A stretch of 43,940 nt of DNA, from contig JAOMBT010000005.1 of NCBI GenBank assembly GCA_028344675.1, forward strand, positions 1 through 43,940, written 5' to 3'. The notes below the pieces were generated by a model. It was not told the DNA's origin, ran no database searches, and saw only the letters and a program-made list of their open reading frames with translations. Made by a program: the position numbers and the translations under genes. Origin of the DNA: Acidimicrobiaceae bacterium (GTDB lineage: Bacteria > Actinomycetota > Acidimicrobiia > Actinomarinales > Actinomarinaceae). Positions 25,788-34,881 of the stretch are shown here, one piece after another (within the stretch, counting starts at the first letter, position 1; every line of letters begins with the position of its first letter).

Positions 25788-26543
25788 ATGAAATTAAAAA
25801 ACCTTCTTAAACCTGATAATTGGTGGATATTAATTCTTAGTGGAATTATATTTTATATGTTATTCATGATTTATTCTGAACCAGAGTACAACAAAGCTTT
25901 TAATTTTATACTTCCTGGTCTTGCAATAACTTTTTTATCCACATTTGTATCATTTATTGTTGCTTTATTTCTTGGATTAATTTCTGGAATAGGCAGGATT
26001 TCTAAAAATAAGTACGCTAGAACTATCTCAAGAACATATATTGAGTTTATAAGAGGCGTTCCAGTTTTAATTTTAATATTTACTATTGCTTTTGTTGTTG
26101 TAGTTAGGGGTGCTGAATTATTTAATATTAATAACGGAAATGTTCCTATGCTTGTACGTGCCATAATTGCATTATCCGTATTTTATGGTGCATATATAGC
26201 AGAAGTTTTTCGTGCTGGTATTGAATCTGTACATACAGGTCAAAGAGAGGGTGGTGCTTCTTTAGGTTTGTCGGAACGACAAGTTATGAGATATATTGTT
26301 TTACCACAAGCATTTAGAAATATGCTTCCTGCGCTTGGCAACGATTTTATATCTATGATGAAGGATTCTTCTCTCCTCTCTGTTTTAGCTGTAGAAGACT
26401 TAACTTACAGAGGAAGGCTTTATTCTGGTAGCACCTTTAGATTTGCAGAAACTTATCTTGTTCTCACCGTTTTATATTTAATTATTACACTCATACTCTC
26501 GGGCTTCCAAAGAAAGCTAGAAAAAAGACTTGAAACTAACTAA
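25788..26543 (+). CDS. Polar amino-acid ABC transporter permease (HisM/GlnP type)
   Basis: [37 protein letters not shown] (EAA loop) and KDSSL motifs. Start re-called to ATG 25788 because the track GTG at 25761 lies inside the hairpin. Confidence 0.92.
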   Translation: MKLKNLLKPDNWWILILSGIIFYMLFMIYSEPEYNKAFNFILPGLAITFLSTFVSFIVALFLGLISGIGRISKNKYARTISRTYIEFIRGVPVLILIFTIAFVVVVRGAELFNINNGNVPMLVRAIIALSVFYGAYIAEVFRAGIESVHTGQREGGASLGLSERQVMRYIVLPQAFRNMLPALGNDFISMMKDSSLLSVLAVEDLTYRGRLYSGSTFRFAETYLVLTVLYLIITLILSGFQRKLEKRLETN

Positions 26544-27387
26544 TAAAAATTACCAAAATAAAATAATTAAAGAATATTTATCATATTTATCTAAAGTCAA
26601 AGGCTATTCACAACATACTGTAAAATCATATAATTCCGACATAAATCAATATTTAAAAATTAATCAAGAAATTGGTAAATTTTCTTATTATTTAAAAGTT
26701 TTAAGTCAAAAAAGTTATACAAAATCAACAATTAATCGAAAATTAACTTCAATAAAAACATTTCTAAAATGGGCTTCTTCAATGGATTATTTTGATGCAT
26801 CTCTTATTCAAAATGTAAGTAATTTAAAAACAGAAAAAAAATTACCAAATATTCTAAGCTCTACTTACATAAACAAGCTGTTAGATGAATTACCATCTAC
26901 CTCATCAAAAGAAATTAGAGATAAAGCAATTTTAGAATTAATGTATTCATCTGGTTTAAGAGTTGGTGAAGTATCTAATTTAAAAATTCAAAATTTTAAT
27001 CTTAATAAATCTATAAAAGTACTTGGTAAAGGTAACAAGGAACGAGTACTACCAATAACTTCTAGAGCTAGTGGTGCAATAAGCAGTTACCTAAGTCTGT
27101 CAAGATCTAAGTTTAAAAATGAGAAATCATTTGATTTTATGTTCTTGGGAATCAGAGGCGGACAACTTAGAGAAAGAGAGATAAGGAGAATTGTAAATCT
27201 TCGGGTCGGAACATTTCCACATAGCCTAAGGCATACATTTGCTACTCATTTACTTGAAGGTGGAGCTGATTTAAGAGTAGTTCAGGAACTCCTTGGTCAC
27301 AATGATCCAAAAACAACACAAATTTATACTCATGTATCAAAAAAACAACTTAAAGAAAAATATAAACAATCTCATCCTAGAGGTTGA
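26530..27387 (+). CDS. xerC: Tyrosine recombinase XerC/XerD family (chromosomal dimer resolution)
   Basis: [52 protein letters not shown] and TTQIYTHV motifs; canonical position before rpsB. Confidence 0.88.
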   Translation: MKLTNKNYQNKIIKEYLSYLSKVKGYSQHTVKSYNSDINQYLKINQEIGKFSYYLKVLSQKSYTKSTINRKLTSIKTFLKWASSMDYFDASLIQNVSNLKTEKKLPNILSSTYINKLLDELPSTSSKEIRDKAILELMYSSGLRVGEVSNLKIQNFNLNKSIKVLGKGNKERVLPITSRASGAISSYLSLSRSKFKNEKSFDFMFLGIRGGQLREREIRRIVNLRVGTFPHSLRHTFATHLLEGGADLRVVQELLGHNDPKTTQIYTHVSKKQLKEKYKQSHPRG

Positions 27388-27411
27388 ATAATATCAAATA
27401 GATATTAGAAT
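27384..27411 (+). promoter_or_regulatory. Housekeeping sigma promoter of rpsB-tsf
   Basis: TTGAAT (27384-27389), 16-nt spacer, TAGAAT (27406-27411). Confidence 0.6.
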
Positions 27412-27427
27412 TTTATAAAAATAGACA

Positions 27428-27488
27428 CCGTATCTACAAGTTTCCTTGGTGAACGAAAGTTTGGAAACCGCTTAGGCAAGGGATATGG
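27428..27488 (+). ncRNA. Structured rpsB 5' leader (S2-leader-like cis-regulatory RNA)
   Basis: CCGTATC/GATATGG outer stem, GTTTCC/GGAAAC inner stem, AAC-GAAA-GTT GNRA hairpin. Confidence 0.55.
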
Positions 27489-27512
27489 GATGAAATAACC
27501 AAAGGAGAAATT

Positions 27513-28223
27513 ATGACTACTTCGATGAAAGACCTGTTGGAAGCAGGAGTTCATTTTGGCCATCAAACACAAAGATGGAATCCCAAAATGGATAAATATA
27601 TATATAGCGCTAAAAGTGGAATTCACATTCTTGATTTAAGAATTACTTATGAAGCAATAGAGCAATCAGAAGATTACATTCAAAAGCTAGTAGCTAATAG
27701 TGGGAAAGTACTTTTTGTTGGTACCAAACCACAAGCTCAACAAGTTATACAAGATCAAGCTATTAGAGCAGGTATGCCGTATGTAAATTTTAGGTGGTTA
27801 GGTGGAATGCTCACTAACTTTAAAACGATTATTAAAAGAGTTACGTACCTAAAAGAATTAATGGCACTTGAATCTTCTGGTGAAATTAATGCATATACAA
27901 AATCTGAAAGATTAAAAATTAGACGTGAAATTGAAAAGCTTAATAAGTCTATAGGCGGAATCGTTAATTTAAATAAATTACCAGATGCATTGTTTGTTGT
28001 CGATTTAGGCAATGAATCAACAGCTATAACAGAAGCGAGAAAATTGGGAATTCCAGTAATAGGTCTTGCTGATTCAAATGTAGACCCTGAAGGTGTAGAA
28101 ATTGTAGTCCCTGGCAATGATGATGCTATAAGGTCAATAGAATTAATTACTACTTCAATTGCTGATGCTTGTTTGAAAGGCTCAGGAAAAAGAGAAGAAG
28201 TTGAAAATAAGGAGAGTAGTTAA
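27513..28223 (+). CDS. rpsB: 30S ribosomal protein S2
   Basis: LLEAGVHFGHQTQRWNPKM, RWLGGMLTNF and PGNDDAIRSI motifs; GGAG SD. Confidence 0.98.
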   Translation: MTTSMKDLLEAGVHFGHQTQRWNPKMDKYIYSAKSGIHILDLRITYEAIEQSEDYIQKLVANSGKVLFVGTKPQAQQVIQDQAIRAGMPYVNFRWLGGMLTNFKTIIKRVTYLKELMALESSGEINAYTKSERLKIRREIEKLNKSIGGIVNLNKLPDALFVVDLGNESTAITEARKLGIPVIGLADSNVDPEGVEIVVPGNDDAIRSIELITTSIADACLKGSGKREEVENKESS

Positions 28224-28831
28224 TGTCAATTTCAGCTGGAGATGTTAAAAAATTACGAGACATGACTGGTGCTGGCATGATGGACGCAAAAAAAGCCCTT
28301 TCAGAAAATGATGGAGATTTTGACAAAGCTGTTAAATACTTAAGAGAAAAAGGATTGGCAGATTCAAAAAAAAGAGCTGAAAAGGACGCAAATCAAGGAA
28401 CCATTGGAGATTACATCCATTATCAACAAGACAGAGCTGTTTCTGGTGTTTTAGTGGAATTAGCATGTGAAACCGATTTTGTTGCTAAGTCTGATGAATT
28501 TAAAAATGTCGCGAAACAAGTTGCAATGCATATTGCAGCATTAAAACCTGAATTTTTAAATATTGAAGACATTCCCACTGATAGAATTAATGAAGAAAAA
28601 GATATTATTAAAAAACAATCAGAAAATGAAGGAAAACCTCAGGATGTTATTTCTAAAATTGTAGAAGGTAAAGTTGCATCCTTTTATAAAGATTACGTAT
28701 TAAATGAACAGACATTCTGCAATCCTGAGTTTTATGAAGGACAAGTCGGTACTATGATTGATGAACTTTCTGGAAGGCTTGGTGAAAAAATTTATATAAA
28801 AACTTTCTCCAGAATTGAAGTAGGTAGTTGA
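28223..28831 (+). CDS. tsf: Elongation factor Ts, short form
   Basis: VKKLRDMTGAGMMDAKKAL, LREKG, ELACETDFVAK and KIVEGK motifs. Confidence 0.96.
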   Translation: MSISAGDVKKLRDMTGAGMMDAKKALSENDGDFDKAVKYLREKGLADSKKRAEKDANQGTIGDYIHYQQDRAVSGVLVELACETDFVAKSDEFKNVAKQVAMHIAALKPEFLNIEDIPTDRINEEKDIIKKQSENEGKPQDVISKIVEGKVASFYKDYVLNEQTFCNPEFYEGQVGTMIDELSGRLGEKIYIKTFSRIEVGS

Positions 28832-28832
28832 A

Positions 28833-29534
28833 ATGAGTAGGGTTCTACTTAAACTTTCGGGAGAATCCTTTGCTAATCCAGATTCTAATTTTGGTATTCA
28901 ACCAGATGTTATTGAAAGAATCGCTTCAGAAATTACTCATGCTAACAATGACGGTATTGAAATAGGTGTAGTTGTTGGTGGAGGTAATTTTTTTCGTGGA
29001 GTACAGGAATCTGCAAAAAATATGGCTCAAGCAAATGCTGACTATATGGGCATGCTTGCTACTGTAATTAATGCTGTTGCTTTAAAAGATGCTTTAGATC
29101 AGAACGGTACTCAAACGAGAGTTCAATCCGCAATAACTATGACTGCTGTAGCTGAACCCTATATTCGCTTAAGAGCTATTAGACACCTAGAAAAAGGAAG
29201 AGTCGTTATCTTTGCTGCTGGAACAGGTAACCCTTATTTTACAACTGATACTGCTGCTTCTCTTCGTGCTGCTGAAATTGATGCTGATTTAATGCTTAAA
29301 TCTACAAGAGTAGATGGAGTTTATGATATGGATCCCGAAAAAGATAATTCTGCCGTACAATATGAAGAAATTTCTTATACAGATGTTGTAGCAAGTAAAT
29401 TAGAGGTAATGGATTTAACAGCAATAACATTATGTGAAGAAAATAAAATGCCAATAAGAGTATTTAATGGTATGAAAAATAAAAATATATACAATGCTTT
29501 AGTTGGCAAAGAAATTGGCACTTTAATAAGGTAA
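28833..29534 (+). CDS. pyrH: UMP kinase
   Basis: LLKLSGE, GGGNFFRG, ADYMGMLAT and GTGNPYFTTDTAASLRA motifs. Confidence 0.97.
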   Translation: MSRVLLKLSGESFANPDSNFGIQPDVIERIASEITHANNDGIEIGVVVGGGNFFRGVQESAKNMAQANADYMGMLATVINAVALKDALDQNGTQTRVQSAITMTAVAEPYIRLRAIRHLEKGRVVIFAAGTGNPYFTTDTAASLRAAEIDADLMLKSTRVDGVYDMDPEKDNSAVQYEEISYTDVVASKLEVMDLTAITLCEENKMPIRVFNGMKNKNIYNALVGKEIGTLIR

Positions 29535-29538
29535 AAAC

Positions 29539-30090
29539 ATGTCTGAATCACTTATAAAACAAATAGAAGAAAATATGCTTACATCTATAAACTATCTTGT
29601 CGATGATTTTGCAACAATAAGAACAGGCAGAGCAAATCCTGCATTGGTTGATAAATTAAATATTGAATATTATGGGACTAAAACACCACTTCAACAACTT
29701 GCAACAATTTCTGTTCCAGATCCTAAATTATTAGTTATACAACCTTTTGATAAAACAGCTTTAGAAGAAATAGAAAAATCTATATTGCAGGCAGATATAG
29801 GATTAAATCCTGCGAATGATGGAGAAGTAATAAGAATTCCAATCCCTCCACTATCCGAAGAGAGAAGAAAAGAATTAGGAAAGGTAGCTTCGAAATTTTC
29901 CGAAGATGCAAAAGTATCCGTTAGAAGCCATAGAAGAAATGGAATTGATGAAATTTCTAAATTAAAAGATGATCATTCTGCAGATGAAATTAAACGATTA
30001 GAATCAAAAGTACAGGAATTAACAGATAATTTTGTTAATAAAGTTGATGAGTTACTTTTGGTGAAGCAAAATGAATTACTTGAGGTTTAG
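29539..30090 (+). CDS. frr: Ribosome recycling factor
   Basis: IRTGRANP, YYGTKTPLQQLA, PPLSEERRKEL and KVSVRSHRR motifs. Confidence 0.97.
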   Translation: MSESLIKQIEENMLTSINYLVDDFATIRTGRANPALVDKLNIEYYGTKTPLQQLATISVPDPKLLVIQPFDKTALEEIEKSILQADIGLNPANDGEVIRIPIPPLSEERRKELGKVASKFSEDAKVSVRSHRRNGIDEISKLKDDHSADEIKRLESKVQELTDNFVNKVDELLLVKQNELLEV

Positions 30091-30991
30091 AAAATTATAT
30101 CAAGCCGATAATGACGGTACCTTTTGGCCCGGCTATATTGAACTTCCTGATAATGATACAGAAGTAGAGCCTGAAGAAACTAACAATAAAAAGAATTTTA
30201 ACTTACTTTCAAACCCAAGAGTCTATACGGGACTAGGCTTACTTGCACTAGTAACATTATTTTTCTTAAATAAAACAACTGCTCTAATTCTTTTAGTTAT
30301 TGTTGCTCTCATAGCTACAAAAGAATGGTTTGATATTTTTGAATATGGAATCATGCTTCCATACCCGTTGCTTTTGTACGCTTCTTTAGCACCTTTAATT
30401 ACTATTTATTTTTATGGCTATGAAAATTATTACATACCTTTTTTTATATTTCCATTAGGTGTGGTGATATACACAGGTACATTTTTAGACTATGGAATTT
30501 ATGAGAAATTTGGCAGTTCTTTTTTATTTCTTGTTTGGTTTGGCTCTGGATTAGGAGCTATTGGATATATTTTAAGTAATTTTGGACCGTTATTTACATA
30601 TTTTCTATTAATTTCTATCTCTATGTCTGATATTGCAGCATATGAATATGGAAGAAGGTATGGAAAAAGAAAACTAGCTAAAAATATTTCTCCAAACAAA
30701 ACTTTAGAAGGCTTTCTTGCTGGACTTATTGTTGGTGTTATTGTTAATTTTTTTGTTTTAAGAAACAGTTTAGAATTAACATTTACTCAGAGTTTACTAC
30801 TTGCTGTTTTTTTTATAATATTTGCAACTTTGGGAGATTTATTCGAATCAAAAATTAAAAGATCCGTTGAAGTAAAAGATGCTAGTTCTTTGTTGCCTGG
30901 CCATGGTGGTGTATTAGACAGAATTGACTCACAGTTATTGAGTTTCCCAGTTTTAGTGTTCTTTCTACATTTTTTAGATTTAATCCAATAA
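30071..30991 (+). CDS. cdsA: Phosphatidate cytidylyltransferase
   Basis: Multi-TM protein with SDIAAY, ISPNKTLEG, GDLFESKIKR and LPGHGGVLDRIDS motifs; start position less certain. Confidence 0.93.
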   Translation: MNYLRFRKLYQADNDGTFWPGYIELPDNDTEVEPEETNNKKNFNLLSNPRVYTGLGLLALVTLFFLNKTTALILLVIVALIATKEWFDIFEYGIMLPYPLLLYASLAPLITIYFYGYENYYIPFFIFPLGVVIYTGTFLDYGIYEKFGSSFLFLVWFGSGLGAIGYILSNFGPLFTYFLLISISMSDIAAYEYGRRYGKRKLAKNISPNKTLEGFLAGLIVGVIVNFFVLRNSLELTFTQSLLLAVFFIIFATLGDLFESKIKRSVEVKDASSLLPGHGGVLDRIDSQLLSFPVLVFFLHFLDLIQ

Positions 30992-31007
30992 GTGTAATAA
31001 TTAATAT

Positions 31008-32111
31008 ATGAATGCTATTTTAACAATTGCCTTACTAACTCTATTTGTAGTACTGCATGAGTTAGGACATTATATATCTGCAAGAAGATCAAAAATAGCA
31101 GTATCAGAATTCTTTGTTGGATTTGGTCCCAAAATATTCTCTTTTAAAAAAAATAAAACTGAGTATGGTTTAAAAGCATTTTTATTGGGTGGTTATGTAA
31201 AAATACCTGGAATGGATCAAAACGAAAATCCCGATGGTTATGAAAATAATGAGTTATTTCATACAGCAACTTGGACAAAAAAATTATATATTGCATCATC
31301 GGGAATTATTGTTAATTTTTTACTCGCTTGGATAATATTATTTTCCATATTTGCTTTCTATGGTATTGAACAGCCAACTCTTGAAATTAACACTATTGGT
31401 TCTTCTTCAGTTAATCAAACTCAGGCTGCACCTTCTGAAATTGCTGGTCTAAAGCCCGGTGATATAATTTCTTCCTTTAATGGTAATAATGTAGACAATT
31501 GGGATAACCTAGTAAATTTTATTGAGGTCAATCCAAATCAAGAAGTAAATATTGGATATACAAGAAACTCACAAAAATATATCACTACAGCAAAACTTGA
31601 ATCTAGAGAGATAAATAATAAAAGTTATGGTTATTTGGGTGTATCTCCAGTATTGGAAAGACAAACTTTAAGTATATTAGAAGCTATACCAGCTACAACT
31701 TTAGTTGAATTAGATATGACAAAATCCGCAATACAGGGAATATTTACTTTATTCAGTCCTCAAAATTTACAAACATTACTTGGCACATATACAGGAGAGT
31801 CAATTCCTGATGAAGTAAGGCCATTAAGCCCAATTGGATTAGCACAAGCAGGAAATCAGATTGCTGAAAGCGGGTATGTAAATTTATTTAGCTTACTTGC
31901 CTTTGTGAATATTTTTTTAGCAGTTTTTAACTCAATTCCACTAGTACCTTTAGATGGAGGAAGAATAGTACTTGCACTTTATGAAGGGATTACAGGAAAA
32001 AAAGTAGAAGATAAAAAACTTTATCCTATTGCTGCTGTTGTAATTTTAGTTTTCGTCTTCTTAGGAATTACTGCTTTCTACTTGGATATAACACAACCAA
32101 TAAAATTATGA
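31008..32111 (+). CDS. rseP: RIP metalloprotease RseP (M50, PDZ)
   Basis: [24 protein letters not shown] segment GLKPGD and [11 protein letters not shown] motifs. Confidence 0.93.
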   Translation: MNAILTIALLTLFVVLHELGHYISARRSKIAVSEFFVGFGPKIFSFKKNKTEYGLKAFLLGGYVKIPGMDQNENPDGYENNELFHTATWTKKLYIASSGIIVNFLLAWIILFSIFAFYGIEQPTLEINTIGSSSVNQTQAAPSEIAGLKPGDIISSFNGNNVDNWDNLVNFIEVNPNQEVNIGYTRNSQKYITTAKLESREINNKSYGYLGVSPVLERQTLSILEAIPATTLVELDMTKSAIQGIFTLFSPQNLQTLLGTYTGESIPDEVRPLSPIGLAQAGNQIAESGYVNLFSLLAFVNIFLAVFNSIPLVPLDGGRIVLALYEGITGKKVEDKKLYPIAAVVILVFVFLGITAFYLDITQPIKL

Positions 32112-33328
32112 TCAAAAGAAGAAAAACTTCACAGTTTATGCTCGGGAATGTTGGAGTTGGCTCCGAGCATCCCGTATCTGTACAATCCATGACTACAACT
32201 AAAACTAGAGATACTGAAAAAACTCTAGAGCAAATATATGAATTAGCATCAAACGGTGCAGACATTGTAAGAGTTACCTGCAATGAAGTTGATGCTGCAA
32301 AATCATTAGTAAATATATGTGCTCGAAGTCCAGTACCTGTTGTTGCAGATATTCACTTTCAATACAAGTTAGCTTTAGCTGCAATTGAAGCTGGAGTTCA
32401 GGGATTAAGACTTAATCCCGGAAACATTAGAAATGAAAAACAGATTAAAGAGGTTGCAAAAGAATGTTTAAATGCGGAAATTCCAATACGTATTGGTGTT
32501 AATGCAGGATCATTAGATAAAACTATACTAGACAAATATGGAGATGCTACCCCTGAGGCACTAGTTGAATCAGCTTTATTAGAAACTAGATATCTTGAAG
32601 ATGTTAACTTTAACAATATTAAGATATCAGTAAAACATTCAAATGTTCCATCGATGATTGATTCGTATCGACTACTTGCTGAAAAAGTCGAATATCCGTT
32701 ACATCTAGGAGTAACTGAAGCAGGACCTCTACCTGGTGGTTTAATTAAATCTATAGCAGGAATTTCTACTTTACTATCAGAAGGAATAGGGGACACAATA
32801 AGACTATCACTCACTACTGATCCTGTTGAAGAAGCGAAGTTTGGACGTCAATTATTAGAGTATCTAAATTTAAGAGAAAGAAAATCATTAGATTTAATTG
32901 CATGCCCCAGTTGCGGTAGGGCAGAGGTAGATGTTATAAAGGTAGCAAGTGAAGCTCAGTCTGCATTAGAACAAGAAGGATTTCCTTTACAAGTTGCAGT
33001 TATGGGATGTGTTGTTAATGGCCCTGGAGAAGCAAGGTCTGCAGATTTAGGTATTGCTGCAGGAAAAGGAAGAGGACATCTTTTTATAAAAGGGCAGGTT
33101 GTTAAAGTTGTTAAAGAAAATGAAATGGTAGAAGCTTTAATCAGAGAAGGAAGACTTCTTGCAGAAGAAGGAGTAGAAGCCAGACTGGCAGCTGCCGATA
33201 AAGATGCTGCAACCATTGCTGAACAAGACGCTAGAGAACTAATGGATTATCAAGGTGATATTAATAACTTTGAAAGTAAAACGAAATCAGTGATTGAGAT
33301 ATCTACAAACACTGATATTGAAAATTAA
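32108..33328 (+). CDS. ispG: (E)-4-hydroxy-3-methylbut-2-enyl-diphosphate synthase
   Basis: [46 protein letters not shown] and [11 protein letters not shown] motifs. Confidence 0.97.
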   Translation: MIKRRKTSQFMLGNVGVGSEHPVSVQSMTTTKTRDTEKTLEQIYELASNGADIVRVTCNEVDAAKSLVNICARSPVPVVADIHFQYKLALAAIEAGVQGLRLNPGNIRNEKQIKEVAKECLNAEIPIRIGVNAGSLDKTILDKYGDATPEALVESALLETRYLEDVNFNNIKISVKHSNVPSMIDSYRLLAEKVEYPLHLGVTEAGPLPGGLIKSIAGISTLLSEGIGDTIRLSLTTDPVEEAKFGRQLLEYLNLRERKSLDLIACPSCGRAEVDVIKVASEAQSALEQEGFPLQVAVMGCVVNGPGEARSADLGIAAGKGRGHLFIKGQVVKVVKENEMVEALIREGRLLAEEGVEARLAAADKDAATIAEQDARELMDYQGDINNFESKTKSVIEISTNTDIEN

Positions 33329-33340
33329 AACCTTTAAGAT
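33312..33340 (+). promoter_or_regulatory. Candidate leaderless proS promoter
   Basis: CTGATA-N17-TAAGAT (33335-33340), 6 nt before ATG 33347; no SD. Confidence 0.45.
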
Positions 33341-33346
33341 ATAGTC

Positions 33347-34777
33347 ATGGTTGAAAAAATAACTCCTATGTCTGAAGACTTTAACCAGTGGTACACAGAT
33401 ATAATCCAACAGGCAAAACTTGCAGACTATTCACCGGTAAAAGGAACTATGGTTATTAGACCATATGGATATTCTTTATGGGAGGGTGTGCAGTCTTATT
33501 TAGATAAGAGATTTAAAGACACTGGTCATGAAAATGCATATTTTCCATTATTTATTCCTAATTCCTTTATTCAAAAAGAAGCTGAGCATGTTGAAGGCTT
33601 CGCTCCAGAATTAGCTACTGTTACTCATGCAGGCGGTAAAGAACTAGAAGAGCCTTTAGTAGTTCGTCCAACTTCTGAAACTATTATTAACCATATGTTT
33701 TCAAAATGGATAAAAAGCCACAGAGATCTTCCTATGTTAATTAATCAATGGGCGAATGTAGTACGTTGGGAGATGCGTACCAGATTATTTTTAAGAACAT
33801 CTGAATTCCTTTGGCAGGAAGGTCATACAGCTCACAAAACAGAGAACGAAGCAACAATTGAAGCTCGACAAATGTTGGATATATATGCAGAGTTTGCTGA
33901 AAACATTGCAGGAGTCTCTGTTATAAAAGGAATTAAGTCAGCTAATGAAAGATTTGCAGGAGCAGTTACAACCTATTCAATTGAGGCAATGATGAAAGAT
34001 ATGAAAGCATTGCAAGCAGGTACATCTCATGAACTTGGACAAAATTTTTCTAAAGCTTTTGACATACAATATACCGATGAAAATAATGAATTACAGTTCC
34101 CCTTCCAGACCAGCTGGGGTGTGAGTACAAGGTTAATTGGAATGATTATTATGGCTCATGGTGACAATAAAGGTCTTCAACTTCCACCAAAGCTTGCCCC
34201 AAGTCAGGTTGTTGTAATTCCAATAATACCTAGTGATGAACATAAATCTTCAATCATGAATTCTGTTAATGAAATTAATGACAGTGTTAAAAGTAAATTT
34301 AGAGTAAAGATTGATGATAGAGAAAATTTATCACCCGGTTTTAAATTTAATGAATGGGAACTTAAGGGAGTTCCTTTAAGAATAGAGATAGGACCTAAAG
34401 ATATTGAGAAAGGTTCTGTTGTCTTTTCTAGAAGAGACGGTATAGGTGGTAAATATTCTGTTCCAATTTCGGATATTGATAAAACAATTCAAACTGTTTT
34501 AGATGAAATACAAGTAAATATGCTTCATTCTTCCAAACAGCATCAAGAAGAGAATACGATACATGTAAGTTCTAAAAAAGAATTGATAGAAGCCTTAATT
34601 TCTAATCCAGGTTTTGTTACTTGCTACTGGAATGAAGATAGTGATGACGAAAATGAGATTAAAGAAATCACTAAAGCAACACTTAGATGCTATTTACTCG
34701 ATTCAACAGAATCAGAGATATCTGTTAATAACTCAAATGAAAAAGGGAAACTAGCTGTATTTTCAAAAGCATATTAA
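33347..34777 (+). CDS. proS: Proline-tRNA ligase, archaeal/eukaryote-like (Thermus) type without editing domain
   Basis: RPYGY, KEAEHVEGFAPE, RPTSET, NQWANVVRWE, FLWQEGHT, LQAGTSH, SWGVSTR motifs and terminal SKAY. Confidence 0.96.
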   Translation: MVEKITPMSEDFNQWYTDIIQQAKLADYSPVKGTMVIRPYGYSLWEGVQSYLDKRFKDTGHENAYFPLFIPNSFIQKEAEHVEGFAPELATVTHAGGKELEEPLVVRPTSETIINHMFSKWIKSHRDLPMLINQWANVVRWEMRTRLFLRTSEFLWQEGHTAHKTENEATIEARQMLDIYAEFAENIAGVSVIKGIKSANERFAGAVTTYSIEAMMKDMKALQAGTSHELGQNFSKAFDIQYTDENNELQFPFQTSWGVSTRLIGMIIMAHGDNKGLQLPPKLAPSQVVVIPIIPSDEHKSSIMNSVNEINDSVKSKFRVKIDDRENLSPGFKFNEWELKGVPLRIEIGPKDIEKGSVVFSRRDGIGGKYSVPISDIDKTIQTVLDEIQVNMLHSSKQHQEENTIHVSSKKELIEALISNPGFVTCYWNEDSDDENEIKEITKATLRCYLLDSTESEISVNNSNEKGKLAVFSKAY

Positions 34778-34786
34778 TAAAATCGC

Positions 34787-34815
34787 TTTAACTTATACCT
34801 AGGATTTGGTAAAAT
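34787..34815 (+). promoter_or_regulatory. Promoter of the rimP-nusA-infB operon
   Basis: TTTAAC-N17-TAAAAT with an extended -10 (TGG-TAAAAT, 34807-34815). Confidence 0.55.
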
Positions 34816-34840
34816 AATAAAAGACAATATAACTAAGTAT

Positions 34841-34865
34841 AGTGGGTGTCAAACCCGCTTTTTTT
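34841..34865 (+). terminator. Terminator-like attenuator in the rimP leader
   Basis: AGTGGG-TGTCAAA-CCCGCT stem (one G.U pair) followed by a T run to 34865, upstream of the rimP SD. Confidence 0.65.
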
Positions 34866-34881
34866 ATGAATGGAGGTTTTT

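Noticed and set aside
26530-27387. Tyrosine recombinase as a prophage or island integrase
   Set aside because: It has XerC/D-type motifs and the canonical position before rpsB, with no adjacent tRNA, att repeats or cargo.
15031-34881. Track start codons for rimM (15031), gap (17699), permease (25761) and rimP (34870)
   Set aside because: They extend into upstream genes, a hairpin or the SD itself. Downstream starts at 15064, 17642, 25788 and 34882 fit family N-termini or SD spacing better.
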